Part shown: positions 26,274 through 36,252 of the stretch, piece after piece | Numbering within the stretch: position 1 is the first letter of the stretch | Layout: each line of letters opens with the position of its first letter | Virus record (IMG/VR): IMGVR_UViG_3300040809_000464 | Location: 1 to 64,000 of that record | Length of the DNA stretch: 64,000 nt | Origin: a virus | Reading direction: 5' to 3' (one strand) | Notes under the pieces: model-generated | Database searches by the model: none | What the model was told of the DNA's origin: nothing | The model's input: the letters and a program-made list of their open reading frames with translations, nothing else | Position numbers and translations under genes: made by a program

Positions 26274-27737
26274 ATGGCAGGTCCACTACAGAGACTCACC
26301 TCTAAGTTGTATGACACACCACACATTGTAACACAATCCCGATTAGATGACATCTTTGGTTATCTAGAAGAGCGTAACTTACGTCCTCATGACTTCCCAA
26401 CTGATCAAGAACTCGTTAATGAATCAGCTCGCATTAAAGGTGAGTATGAAGCTACAGAGTTACAGATTGAAGATGGTATCGCTACATTAGACTTAAGAGG
26501 TACAACAGTTTACAGAGAGTCTGCTATTGATGCTTTCTGTGGATTGGTATCTTATCAGGGTTTGGTACGTAATATTGATACGTTAGTTTCTCGTAAAGAT
26601 GAAGTTAGCTTATTAGCTGTATTCATTGACTCACCGGGTGGTGAAGCCTTTAGAGCATTCGAAGCAGGTCGTTCTGTTAAAGAGAAACTTACTCAAGCTG
26701 GTATACGTTCAGTAGCTTACGTTGATGGTATTGCTGCTAGTGGTGGTTATGTATTAGCTAGTGCTTTCGATGAGATTGTAGCTAATCCAGATAGTGAAGT
26801 AGGTAGTATTGGTGTTCGTGTAGCTCTACGTAATCCTTCACAAGAAGAAAAAGATAGAGTTCTGTATGTAACAGCAGGTGAGAATAAAGTTCCATTCGAT
26901 GCAGAAGGTAACTTCACAGAGAGCTTTATTAATAAGATTCAAACAGGGATCAATGAAACATATGACACGTTCGTTACTTATGTAGCTGATATGCGTGGTA
27001 TGACTCGTGAAGCTGTTATCGATACAAAGGCAGATACTTTCTCAGCTAAACGTTCATTAGAGATGGGCTTGATTGATAAAGTTATGACAGGTGATGAGTT
27101 TGTAAACTACATTGCTGATTTAAAAGATTCAAGTACTAAGAGTGGTAACTTACTAACTGTTAGTGCTGACACAGATTCTCGTATAGAGGATGATTCCGTT
27201 GCAGAAGATTCTATTGTGGTTGAAAGCAACGAAAACTTAAATGTCGAGGAATTGTCCTCAGACGATACTACTATTGAAAATGGAGACATAATGTCTGATA
27301 AAGAATTAAGCCAACTTGAAGTGATGGAAAAGACCATTGCAGATATGCAAGCTCAAATGACTACTCTTACAGAGGCTAATGCTAAGTTAGCTGCTGAAAA
27401 GGTTGCTGCTGAAGAAGCTGCTGCTGAAGAGTTAGCTCGTAAACAAGAAGCAATTGATGCACAAGATAAAGAAGCTTATGGTGAATTCCTAAGTGGTTTA
27501 TCTTTTGTTTCTGATAAAGAAGCTATGACCGATACGTTATTCAAGATTGATCGTTTTGAAGCTCAAATGGCTGATGTTATCACTAGCGCTTTAACTGATG
27601 CACAAGCAGCTATCGATGCTGTTCCTGAGCAAATTTCTGTAGCGGCTCCTGAAGAAGAAATCGCTGAAGAAGCCTCTGAAGATGAAGCTCATGTATCTCG
27701 TGTAGCATCTCGTCTTAAGAACCTAACAAACAAATAA
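26274..27737 (+). CDS. S49 (SppA/ClpP-like) prohead protease fused to scaffold
   Basis: IDSPGG, AASGGY, GSIGV, TAGENK; acidic coiled-coil C-terminus. Confidence 0.92.
   Translation: MAGPLQRLTSKLYDTPHIVTQSRLDDIFGYLEERNLRPHDFPTDQELVNESARIKGEYEATELQIEDGIATLDLRGTTVYRESAIDAFCGLVSYQGLVRNIDTLVSRKDEVSLLAVFIDSPGGEAFRAFEAGRSVKEKLTQAGIRSVAYVDGIAASGGYVLASAFDEIVANPDSEVGSIGVRVALRNPSQEEKDRVLYVTAGENKVPFDAEGNFTESFINKIQTGINETYDTFVTYVADMRGMTREAVIDTKADTFSAKRSLEMGLIDKVMTGDEFVNYIADLKDSSTKSGNLLTVSADTDSRIEDDSVAEDSIVVESNENLNVEELSSDDTTIENGDIMSDKELSQLEVMEKTIADMQAQMTTLTEANAKLAAEKVAAEEAAAEELARKQEAIDAQDKEAYGEFLSGLSFVSDKEAMTDTLFKIDRFEAQMADVITSALTDAQAAIDAVPEQISVAAPEEEIAEEASEDEAHVSRVASRLKNLTNK
27291..27737 (+). CDS. Nested in-frame scaffolding protein (lambda Nu3-like)
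   Basis: Internal GGAG RBS and ATG at 27291 at the start of the coiled-coil region. Confidence 0.6.
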   Translation: MSDKELSQLEVMEKTIADMQAQMTTLTEANAKLAAEKVAAEEAAAEELARKQEAIDAQDKEAYGEFLSGLSFVSDKEAMTDTLFKIDRFEAQMADVITSALTDAQAAIDAVPEQISVAAPEEEIAEEASEDEAHVSRVASRLKNLTNK

Positions 27738-27758
27738 GAATAATAAGAGGATAATATA

Positions 27759-28172
27759 ATGGCTAACGTTGGCTCTAAAAAAATTCGTTCTGGTGATGTA
27801 ATCCAGTATGAACAAGCTCCACAGTTTGGTTTCTCTCGTGAAATGGCAACTGTTCAAATCGAAGCAGGTATGCGTGTCGGTGCTGTAGTTCAATGGGTAT
27901 CTGGTAACTCTCGTTACGAGTGGGTTGCTGATGCAGATGTTGCTACACTTGACGCTGATGTACGTATCTTAGTAGATGATTACTTATACGATAAAGATTT
28001 AAGCACTGTTCCTGTTGACCTTGAACTTGCTACATTAATGGATGATTCAATTGTAGGTCGTACTTTCTTACAGTACGCTGATACAGTATCAGGTCCTAAT
28101 CAATTAATCGTTGAAACAGCATTGAAAGATCGTAATGTTAAAGTTACTGATCAAGTACCTGCTAATTCTTAA
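27759..28172 (+). CDS. Head decoration protein
   Basis: Size and position between protease and capsid; SRE..TV...G motif. Confidence 0.75.
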   Translation: MANVGSKKIRSGDVIQYEQAPQFGFSREMATVQIEAGMRVGAVVQWVSGNSRYEWVADADVATLDADVRILVDDYLYDKDLSTVPVDLELATLMDDSIVGRTFLQYADTVSGPNQLIVETALKDRNVKVTDQVPANS

Positions 28173-28203
28173 TCCATAATAATAATTATAAGAGGTTTAA
28201 AAC

Positions 28204-29265
28204 ATGGCAATTTCACGTTCACATAACGATGTAAATCGTTTCGTAGACCACACAGCTACAGTATCAGAGATGCCTAATCTGTATGGTTTATTCAACCAGA
28301 TGGGTTTATTCACTGAGGTAGGTATCCGTTCTACTTTCGTTCAATTCTGGAAAGAGTATCACACTGTAAGCTTACTTCCTTCTGCTCCTCGCGGTGGTCG
28401 TGGCTTCGTTAAAGGTAAAGACAAAAGCGCTGACCTTTTCGTATTGAACACAACTTTCTTCAAGTACGCTGATCATATCACTTCTGAAGATATCCAGAAT
28501 TACACTCAAGTTTCTAGCACAGAAGAGCCTTTAGAAGAAACTGAAGCTAATATCGTTGCAGATAAGCTACAAATAGGTCGTGAACACTTCGATCAAACTA
28601 TCGAGTATATGAAGTTCAATGCGGTTACTGGTATCTCTGTTAACCCTGATGGTGATGTACTTGCTAACATGTTCACTGAATTCGGTGTCACTCAAGATGT
28701 TGTCAACTTCGACTTAGGTAATGCATCTAGTAATATCACGAAGCATGTATCTGAATTGAAGCGTATTGTTGCAGCTAACCTTAAGATGGGTCGTAATTTA
28801 ACAGACTTATTCTTAGTAGTTGATAAGCAATTCTTCGATGATTATGTTAACCACGCTGATGTAGTTGATCGTTGGAATCAATACAACAATGCTGGTATGC
28901 AACGTAACCGTGACAACCTTCAAGATTTCCGTGAATGGGGTGCAATTTCGGTCTTTGAAGACCGAGGATTAACCCTAATCGAGTATAACCCGGAGTTCAC
29001 ATTACCAGATGGTACTACTACTAACGTACTGACTGCTGGTGAAGGTATTGCAATTGTTCCGGGCTTCACAGGTGCTAATGCAATCTACCGTGGCTACTAC
29101 GCTCCTTCTGACAAGAAGTCTGATGCTAACCGTCCGGGTAACGAATTGAACGCTTGGGAATACACAGATGATCGAGATACTTATACAGATATCGAGATGC
29201 AGTCTGCACCATTGTTCTTCAATACTCGTCCGGGTATTGCTGTTAAGGTTACTGATCAGCCTTAA
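28204..29265 (+). CDS. Major capsid protein (lambda gpE-like)
   Basis: 353 aa, QTIEYM, QSAPL....RP C-terminal motif, strong codon bias. Confidence 0.92.
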   Translation: MAISRSHNDVNRFVDHTATVSEMPNLYGLFNQMGLFTEVGIRSTFVQFWKEYHTVSLLPSAPRGGRGFVKGKDKSADLFVLNTTFFKYADHITSEDIQNYTQVSSTEEPLEETEANIVADKLQIGREHFDQTIEYMKFNAVTGISVNPDGDVLANMFTEFGVTQDVVNFDLGNASSNITKHVSELKRIVAANLKMGRNLTDLFLVVDKQFFDDYVNHADVVDRWNQYNNAGMQRNRDNLQDFREWGAISVFEDRGLTLIEYNPEFTLPDGTTTNVLTAGEGIAIVPGFTGANAIYRGYYAPSDKKSDANRPGNELNAWEYTDDRDTYTDIEMQSAPLFFNTRPGIAVKVTDQP

Positions 29266-29273
29266 TAAATGAT

Positions 29274-29300
29274 AAGAGGGTTTTGTCCCTCTTCTCTACT
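29274..29300 (+). terminator. Terminator-like hairpin after the capsid gene
   Basis: AAGAGGG/CCCTCTT stem followed by a pyrimidine-rich tract. Confidence 0.6.
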
Positions 29301-29336
29301 TTACATAAATACATTTTCAAGTTATAATATTCTTAA

Positions 29337-29888
29337 GTGTATTTATATAAGGTAACAATTTTGAAAGATAATTATTTAAACGAAGCAAGACTAGGTGAAC
29401 ACTTAAAAGTTATTTTCCCTGATAATGAATTTGTTCATGATAAACCAGTGCCTGATTCTTCTAATAAAAGAAGACGTCCAGATTATAGATGTGATGAGCT
29501 AATGTTAATAGTGGAGTTCGATGGTATATCACATTATCAAAATATTAATATTATACTTTCTGATATTGAAAAAGATAAAGATTACTCTTCTTTAGGTTAC
29601 AGAGTACTACGCATACCTTATTTTGTACAACTGGACAAAACCACTACATATAACATATTCGGAATAGCTTTAGAAGAAGAGCTATACAGTTACCCTCAAG
29701 GTTTTATAGATAAGAAAGCAACTTTGCCAGCAAGCTTCTGTTACAATGGTTTGATGAAGTTTGAAGAAGACTTAAAAAGATTCTACTGGCTATCTCCTGA
29801 TATACTATACAGCTTAGAAAGTAAGATACAGGAATTAGGTGAAGAGAGAGTCTTGCCAAAACCTTTACTACATTTGATAACTCAATAA
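29337..29888 (+). CDS. DUF559/Vsr-like PD-(D/E)xK endonuclease
   Basis: RPDY...IVEFDGISHY...D..KD....GYRVLRIPY; start codon uncertain. Confidence 0.75.
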   Translation: MYLYKVTILKDNYLNEARLGEHLKVIFPDNEFVHDKPVPDSSNKRRRPDYRCDELMLIVEFDGISHYQNINIILSDIEKDKDYSSLGYRVLRIPYFVQLDKTTTYNIFGIALEEELYSYPQGFIDKKATLPASFCYNGLMKFEEDLKRFYWLSPDILYSLESKIQELGEERVLPKPLLHLITQ

Positions 29889-29890
29889 CA

Positions 29891-29986
29891 ATACCCTCTA
29901 CGCCTCTATGATAAGCGTACCAGAGAGGGTTTCTTTACATAAGAGTATTCCTGACGAGTCCCACTTAGAAGTGTTCTTATATAAAG
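29891..29986 (+). repeat. Terminator plus long-stem element, copy A
   Basis: ATACCCTCTA, AGAGGGTTTCTTTACATAAGA and AAGTGTTCTTATATAAAG blocks identical to 32128-32216. Confidence 0.85.
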
Positions 29987-30028
29987 TATTTGATACATAG
30001 AATATTCATTACAAGATAGGATATAATA

Positions 30029-30373
30029 ATGGCGTTAGTTAATACAGTTGTAGCATCTACAACAAACGGTGCAGAGTTTCAACAATCAGATAGTGAGTTC
30101 TCTGTTGAGGTTAACCCGTCACTAGGAAGACACCAAGTAGGTGTATTTACAGATGTAACCCCTACAGCGGGAACTGCTTCAGTTTTTTATGAAGTATATA
30201 AAAATGTATACCTACCTGTAAAAGAAGAAGGTGTTAATAAAGTTATAGATCTAACAAACCCTCAAACATTTAGCATGGACGTCCATACAGCCAGTTTTAA
30301 GTTTGTTCTCTCAGGTTTTGATGCTGACAAATTTGTGGGTGCATCGATTTACTCTAAGAATGATTTATCCTAG
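30029..30373 (+). CDS. Putative virion accessory protein
   Basis: Beta-rich 114-aa ORF in the head region. Confidence 0.6.
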   Translation: MALVNTVVASTTNGAEFQQSDSEFSVEVNPSLGRHQVGVFTDVTPTAGTASVFYEVYKNVYLPVKEEGVNKVIDLTNPQTFSMDVHTASFKFVLSGFDADKFVGASIYSKNDLS

Positions 30374-30382
30374 GAGTGATCT

Positions 30383-32122
30383 ATGAGCGTAAGAAACATA
30401 GAAGCTGTCACATTAGGTAATTCTTCTTCTGACTTACCTACAAAGGTATTCACACCAAGCGACCCTACAGGCAGTAAAGACGTAGCAGCAGAGTTAGAAC
30501 AGTTTGTTACCAATAATCAAGGTAAGACAATTAGAGTAGATGGTGTTACTATCTTGCTTAATGATTTTGGTAATAAAGGCTTCCTTAAAGCTACAGATGA
30601 TATCTTAATAGATTTCACTAACAGTACTATCCTTTACGATGAAGGTGAGGTTAGTATGTGGTTAGATAACAGCGGTAATGCTTCTTCAGAAGTCGGTGTA
30701 GCAAGTGTAATAGATACCACTATTAATTCTGTTAGCGGTGTTACTCAAATTACATTAGACTCAACATTAAACGCTAAAGCACATGATTGGATAGCTATAT
30801 ATTCAGATGATGCTAACCCGTCTAGAGCTGGTGGTAAGCTTGGTGAGATAATGCAAATCTCAGAGGACGAGTCAGGTCTAGTTATAAACTTAACAGGTAA
30901 GCTTGGTAGGACTTCACTGTATAGTACTAATGTAAGGGCAAGACTATTAGACAGTACTCGTAAATGCCAAATAATAGGCGGTACGTGGAAAGCTAATGGT
31001 GATACTGATAACCCTGCTATTACTGACAGAGAGCAAGCTCTACATATTCAAGGCTTTGTAAATGCTAGACTAACTAATCTAACCTTTGACGCCCCTTGGG
31101 CACAGGGTGTACAAGTTCAATGTACAGCAGCAACAATTGTAGACAACCTAGAGATACGTAACACTCTTAATATGGGTAACTTCCAAGGGTTCTCTTATGG
31201 TGTTGTTCTTTACGGTATGAATGGCAGTAGTATAGTTAAGAATACTGTAGCTAGAAACTGTAGACATCCCGGAGGTACTACTGATGGCAATACAGCTTCT
31301 TCTACTTGGTATCAATTAGGTTTCCCTACATATTATAAGTTCCTGAACACAGCAGGCTATAACTGTTATGGTTCTATAGGGGACTCTCATGAAGAGGGTA
31401 TGTATGGTCTGTGGGATGGTCTTTGGGATCACAACCCTATACAAGATGCTAATGGAAGTTTCGTAGGAAGATTATTCCAAGGTCGAGCTGCTTTTGAAAC
31501 AGTACGTAATTTCGCTTCAATAGGTGGCTGTAGAGGTATCTCCTTTGATGATATAGACCACGGAGTTCTTGACGTTGTAGTTGTACAGAATGGTACAGTA
31601 CGTAATAAGAATAATAGTGCGGTTAATGCAGAAGCTATCTATCTAGCAGATAACACTAATACTAATAAACGACATTACAAGATTTCTAATGTAGAAATTG
31701 AGAAGGTCGATACAGGTATTTATGCAGGTAGAGAAAACATTATAACCTTAGATAATGTTAAGGTTAGCGGTAGTGAAGAGTATGCAGAATGTAGACCGGG
31801 CTGTGACATAACTGTAACTAATATGGTTAATGACCATAGAAACTCTGATGCTGCTGGTGCTACTTATGTATTCCAATGTCGTTCTGATGTAACTTCAGGA
31901 GGATGCTCTGTAAGAATACTTGATAAACCTGTAATCATGAAAGGTAATTCTTCTAACAGACCTTCTGCACTGTTTAATGAAATAGATACTAATGCTAATA
32001 AGACTGTATGGCATAACGGTATCATACAATATAACCCAGATGGTGTTACAGATATATTATCTAAATCTTCTGGTAGTACTACTTTTGTCAATGCAACAGA
32101 TATTGTAGAAGTAGCTTTATAG
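30383..32122 (+). CDS. Right-handed beta-helix (pectin-lyase-like) virion protein
   Basis: DPTGSKDVAAEL N-motif, N/G/V/I-rich beta-helix repeats, RNCRH. Confidence 0.7.
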   Translation: MSVRNIEAVTLGNSSSDLPTKVFTPSDPTGSKDVAAELEQFVTNNQGKTIRVDGVTILLNDFGNKGFLKATDDILIDFTNSTILYDEGEVSMWLDNSGNASSEVGVASVIDTTINSVSGVTQITLDSTLNAKAHDWIAIYSDDANPSRAGGKLGEIMQISEDESGLVINLTGKLGRTSLYSTNVRARLLDSTRKCQIIGGTWKANGDTDNPAITDREQALHIQGFVNARLTNLTFDAPWAQGVQVQCTAATIVDNLEIRNTLNMGNFQGFSYGVVLYGMNGSSIVKNTVARNCRHPGGTTDGNTASSTWYQLGFPTYYKFLNTAGYNCYGSIGDSHEEGMYGLWDGLWDHNPIQDANGSFVGRLFQGRAAFETVRNFASIGGCRGISFDDIDHGVLDVVVVQNGTVRNKNNSAVNAEAIYLADNTNTNKRHYKISNVEIEKVDTGIYAGRENIITLDNVKVSGSEEYAECRPGCDITVTNMVNDHRNSDAAGATYVFQCRSDVTSGGCSVRILDKPVIMKGNSSNRPSALFNEIDTNANKTVWHNGIIQYNPDGVTDILSKSSGSTTFVNATDIVEVAL

Positions 32123-32127
32123 ATAGG

Positions 32128-32216
32128 ATACCCTCTAAGCTTATAGAGGGTTTCTTTACATAAGAATATTTATAGTATGCGTATAAAATACACCTTAAAA
32201 GTGTTCTTATATAAAG
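32128..32216 (+). repeat. Terminator plus long-stem element, copy B
   Basis: Same blocks as copy A; CCCTCTA/TAGAGGG hairpin followed by TTTCTTT. Confidence 0.85.
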
Positions 32217-32283
32217 ATAGAAACCTATACAGACCAACCTTACAATTTAACATCCTCATTAACAAACCTTAAAAGGAGATATT

Positions 32284-32676
32284 GTGACAGACAATATTAA
32301 ACGGATTTTAGGCTTTGTATTAACCTTCACACTCTATACCCTCTTTGGTTTACTCCTCTTAGATAACCCTTATCTAGCTTCATTCTTCTTAGTTACATTC
32401 TTAGGTATGCTCTTTGGTAATAACACCATTAAAGAGTATTGCACTAATGTATGGTTCCAGATAGATGTATTAGCAGGCAGTGTATTCCACTTTAAGAAGA
32501 GACGTACAGTTAGTGGTATTACTGGTGAGAGAGCTATTAATGAAAGGTATGGAGCTATTATCATGGAGAAGCTTATTAATAAACTCTTCAATGATGACCT
32601 CCACTGTAGAAGAGCCTACTATCACGAGATTAAGCTTATAGAGTTTGAAGACTCTTTAAAAGAAAAACAGGAATAA
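32284..32676 (+). CDS. Membrane protein
   Basis: Two N-terminal TMs; TVSG..G....I..LF....HC..AY motif. Confidence 0.65.
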   Translation: MTDNIKRILGFVLTFTLYTLFGLLLLDNPYLASFFLVTFLGMLFGNNTIKEYCTNVWFQIDVLAGSVFHFKKRRTVSGITGERAINERYGAIIMEKLINKLFNDDLHCRRAYYHEIKLIEFEDSLKEKQE

Positions 32677-32679
32677 GAG

Positions 32680-33387
32680 ATGTCATTACTTCAAGATATT
32701 ATTGATGAACTAAACACTGGAAGTTATTCTTCTGATGATGTGACAGCTCTTGGAGAGTTGCAAGCTTCGGGTATAATGAATCAAGGACCTGCTCCTGCTG
32801 GTTTAGTATTAACCTATTTAGCTGAAATTGGTAAGTTACAAACTGTAGAGGATATATCTAATAATAGTTCTCATCCTCTACAGAACGCTGCTAAAGCTGT
32901 AGTAGTTACATATTCTAATCGTACAGAGTTTGAGTTTCAGAAACCTACTGTACAAGCTATGTGCCAAGCCTTCGTAGATCTAAAACTAGACGGTAATCCT
33001 TCTAATGGCGTTGATGATGGTATTCTCACACAAGTAGAGAAAGATAACTTAGAAGCTATTGGACAGACTCCTAGATTTGAACAAGCTACATTAAGACTTG
33101 TTAGGGAAGCTCGTGGTAAGACAAATACTCAGACGTTAAACTATGAAGTGAATAAGAATATCAAGCTAACTGTTACAGATCCTCTACATGAAAGTGTTCG
33201 TCCTTATATAACTTATAGTGATGGTGTGGCTGCTGATAACTTACCTCTTGGTGCTACGGTAAACATAGATGGTTCTAAGCTGTATTATGAAGTAGACTTG
33301 AAGAACTTAAGATTAAAACTTAGAGGATCAACTGTATTCACTATCGAGCTAGGAGCGCCTAATAGTTTTACCGTTGAGATGGTGTAG
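32680..33387 (+). CDS. Putative virion protein
   Basis: 235-aa ORF in structural block. Confidence 0.6.
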   Translation: MSLLQDIIDELNTGSYSSDDVTALGELQASGIMNQGPAPAGLVLTYLAEIGKLQTVEDISNNSSHPLQNAAKAVVVTYSNRTEFEFQKPTVQAMCQAFVDLKLDGNPSNGVDDGILTQVEKDNLEAIGQTPRFEQATLRLVREARGKTNTQTLNYEVNKNIKLTVTDPLHESVRPYITYSDGVAADNLPLGATVNIDGSKLYYEVDLKNLRLKLRGSTVFTIELGAPNSFTVEMV

Positions 33388-33389
33388 GT

Positions 33390-35219
33390 ATGCCGTGGGC
33401 TTTACAATTTGATGGTGTTGATGATGTGCTTGTCGTACCATGCAGTAGTACAACAGTAACAGCAACAATAAACATAAAACTTGGCGATGATATCCCAGCT
33501 TGGGCAGGAACAAATACCTATCTATTTGATGCAAGGTTAAGTAGATCGGCATATATATATAGAGCGGCATCCAATGGCAATGTATATTCAAGCAACGTTT
33601 CAAATTTTAAAGTTAACGGTGCGTCAGTTGGTGTTGCTGATCTATTTTCTGCGGTGGCTGGTGATGTTTTATCTTTTGATTCAGATGTTAGGTTTAATTT
33701 TAAATTATTCAATAAGTACGATGAGACTAGCGGTCTGGCTGGAGCGGTTGAGTATGTTGAGCTGGATTATGGCAATGGAGTTATACAGCGCAATGACGCA
33801 ACAGCCAGCGACCATAGCAACACAGGACAGCAGCCTGTACTAGTTGATACCGTTGGATCCAATGACGCTACAGGTGTTAATATGCCGACAGACGGTAGCG
33901 CTTGGGTTGATCTTGGAGGTGGTGCTACACAACTCTTAGTAGATAACTCCTCTCAGATACAAGTTTTAGGGGTATCAACGTTAGATACTACTACAGGTTT
34001 AATAACGGATAATGCTTTCCAAGAACAAACAGTAGAGAATGTAACACTAGTGAGTGGTGCTACCAGTTTGTCCGTGTTTAGCTCCTTCCAAGAACAATTC
34101 TTAGATACGGCTACACTAGATACTACAACTGGTATTACACCTGATAGTTTAGAGCAATTACAATTACTTAACACTGTTACGTTAGATACTACAACTGGTA
34201 TTACACCTGATAGCTTAGCTCAAGTACAGATACTTGAAGCTGCCCTATTAGATACTACAACTGGTATTGTTCCTGATAGTTTATCGCAGACACAGGTGTT
34301 GGATACAGCATCACTATCGTCAGGTACCAATATCTTAGTAAGTAACCTTCAGCAATTACAATTCACTGAAGAGGTCTTGCTAGATACGCTCACTGGGTTA
34401 CTTGTTAATAACTCTTTTCAAGATCAGACAATCACTAATGTCTCCCTCGGTGTTGGTACATCATTACCCGTATCTGATATAGCCCAAGAACAATTCTTAG
34501 ATAATGTTGCGGTAGATACCTTAACGGGTTTGCTTGTAGATAATACACACCAGACACAGCAAGTAGCTAATGCAAGTTTAGACACTGCAACTGCGTTACT
34601 AACTGATAGCTTAGTACAACAACAATTCTTAGAAGGTGTGTTACTAGATACTACTACGGGTGTTATACCTAACAATACTATACAACTACAGATTGTTGAA
34701 AATGTATCCTTATCTACCGATGGGGTATTATTAGCAAGTAGCTTGATACAAGAGCAGTTCTTACAAGGTACTACTGTAGACACCACTACAGCACTACTAA
34801 TAGATTCTACGTATCAAGATCAGACTGTAACGAATGTTTCTTTAGATGCTAATATAGATTTATTAGTTGCATCTGCATATCAAGAACAATATACACAAGA
34901 ATCCTCTTTAGACACTACTACCAACATTATACCTCATAATAGTTTTCAAATACAGACGGTAACTAATGTAACATTTGGTGATGATGTAGTAGTTGTAGAT
35001 AACTCCTATCAAGAGCAATATTTACAAACTGTAGTCGTGATTACTGATGACTCTGTTTATCCAGATAGTTCTATACAATTACAATTTGTAGATACCGTGT
35101 TCTTAGGTGATAAGGTTAATGGTTATATTACCCTAACTATTACAGAACAAAATAACATATTTGATGTTCAGGTACAAGAGTTATCTGAAATCTTTAGTGC
35201 AAACATTTATATTAATTAA
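33390..35219 (+). CDS. Fibre-like virion protein: variable N-terminal (LamG-like) domain plus ~22-aa tandem repeats
   Basis: ALQFDGVDD start; LDTTTGITPDSLxQxQ repeats with 66-nt period (34117, 34183, 34249). Confidence 0.7.
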   Translation: MPWALQFDGVDDVLVVPCSSTTVTATINIKLGDDIPAWAGTNTYLFDARLSRSAYIYRAASNGNVYSSNVSNFKVNGASVGVADLFSAVAGDVLSFDSDVRFNFKLFNKYDETSGLAGAVEYVELDYGNGVIQRNDATASDHSNTGQQPVLVDTVGSNDATGVNMPTDGSAWVDLGGGATQLLVDNSSQIQVLGVSTLDTTTGLITDNAFQEQTVENVTLVSGATSLSVFSSFQEQFLDTATLDTTTGITPDSLEQLQLLNTVTLDTTTGITPDSLAQVQILEAALLDTTTGIVPDSLSQTQVLDTASLSSGTNILVSNLQQLQFTEEVLLDTLTGLLVNNSFQDQTITNVSLGVGTSLPVSDIAQEQFLDNVAVDTLTGLLVDNTHQTQQVANASLDTATALLTDSLVQQQFLEGVLLDTTTGVIPNNTIQLQIVENVSLSTDGVLLASSLIQEQFLQGTTVDTTTALLIDSTYQDQTVTNVSLDANIDLLVASAYQEQYTQESSLDTTTNIIPHNSFQIQTVTNVTFGDDVVVVDNSYQEQYLQTVVVITDDSVYPDSSIQLQFVDTVFLGDKVNGYITLTITEQNNIFDVQVQELSEIFSANIYIN

Positions 35220-35234
35220 AAAAACGAGGATGAA

Positions 35235-35603
35235 ATGGCTAAAGCTATACCTGATGCTATTATAGATTTACAATTAGGCGTACTAGAAGGTGATTCAGTT
35301 AATGTTAACTCTGCTGAACCTACAAACTACACCGAAGCAACCTCTACTTTCCAGCTTGCTTCACAACCGATCACTGGTGCCAACTTTACTTATGCTGCTG
35401 GAGATGTTAGTGGTCGTAAATGGACATTAACACCTGCAACAGGCACTAACATAGATAACTCTGGTACAGCTACTCATGTATCTATCACTAACTTAGGTGA
35501 TACAACTTTGAGGTTAGTAACTACCTGTACATCTACTGCATTAACAGCCACTAACGCTGTAGATATTAATGCTTTCCAACATGAAATTCGTGACCCAGCT
35601 TAA
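35235..35603 (+). CDS. Putative virion structural protein
   Basis: GDVSGRK, SGTATH motifs; Thr/Ala-rich. Confidence 0.65.
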   Translation: MAKAIPDAIIDLQLGVLEGDSVNVNSAEPTNYTEATSTFQLASQPITGANFTYAAGDVSGRKWTLTPATGTNIDNSGTATHVSITNLGDTTLRLVTTCTSTALTATNAVDINAFQHEIRDPA

Positions 35604-35614
35604 GGAAATAAAAC

Positions 35615-35827
35615 ATGACAGTTGAAATTAAATTAATCAAAGTAGTAATGCTAGAAGATTACAAACACGGTCGTGAAACTCTATGGAAAGGTAACTCTTA
35701 TCCATTAGAAGAGCATGTTGCAGAAACTTTATTAGATGCTGGTGTATGCTCTACAGAGGGTCGTGAAGTTAAAGAACGTGCTACAGGACCTTTCAAGATC
35801 TACCCGATGACTGTAGACCCGCAGTAA
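35615..35827 (+). CDS. Hypothetical protein
   Basis: AAGGA RBS. Confidence 0.6.
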   Translation: MTVEIKLIKVVMLEDYKHGRETLWKGNSYPLEEHVAETLLDAGVCSTEGREVKERATGPFKIYPMTVDPQ

Positions 35828-35844
35828 TAATATAGGAGGAGCTT

Positions 35845-36159
35845 ATGCCATCTCCTAATAATACATCTTATGTTATTGTTAAATCTATACGTAATCAATC
35901 TACTGGTGAGATTATCAACGATGCTACTGTAACATTAATAGTATACGACTCTAATGATATCCCTATGACAGGTGATACCTTCCCTAAAACACTAACATAT
36001 ATCCCTGATAGTAAAGGTCAGTATGAGGCTACATTATCGGATAGTATCCCTTGGGTTGTTGGAGAGGTCTACACCTACGAGTATACGGTTTTGTGGATGG
36101 GATTAAAAAGAGTCGTTACTTGCACTAAGACTGCTACAGAAGATACTTGTGGTTGTTAA
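35845..36159 (+). CDS. Ig-like beta-sandwich putative virion protein
   Basis: DATVTL..YD...G......L.Y....GQY pattern. Confidence 0.55.
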   Translation: MPSPNNTSYVIVKSIRNQSTGEIINDATVTLIVYDSNDIPMTGDTFPKTLTYIPDSKGQYEATLSDSIPWVVGEVYTYEYTVLWMGLKRVVTCTKTATEDTCGC

Positions 36160-36252
36160 TATTACTAACAAAGGTTAGTAGACTAATTTTAATATAACAT
36201 AATCATTTAATGGAATGTACACGACAGATGATTTCTCTCAAAAGAGGACATT

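Noticed and set aside
29951-29962. CTGACGAGTCCC resembles a hammerhead ribozyme core
   Set aside because: No stem II partner (GGAC) or GAAA follows, and the sister element at 32128-32216 lacks it
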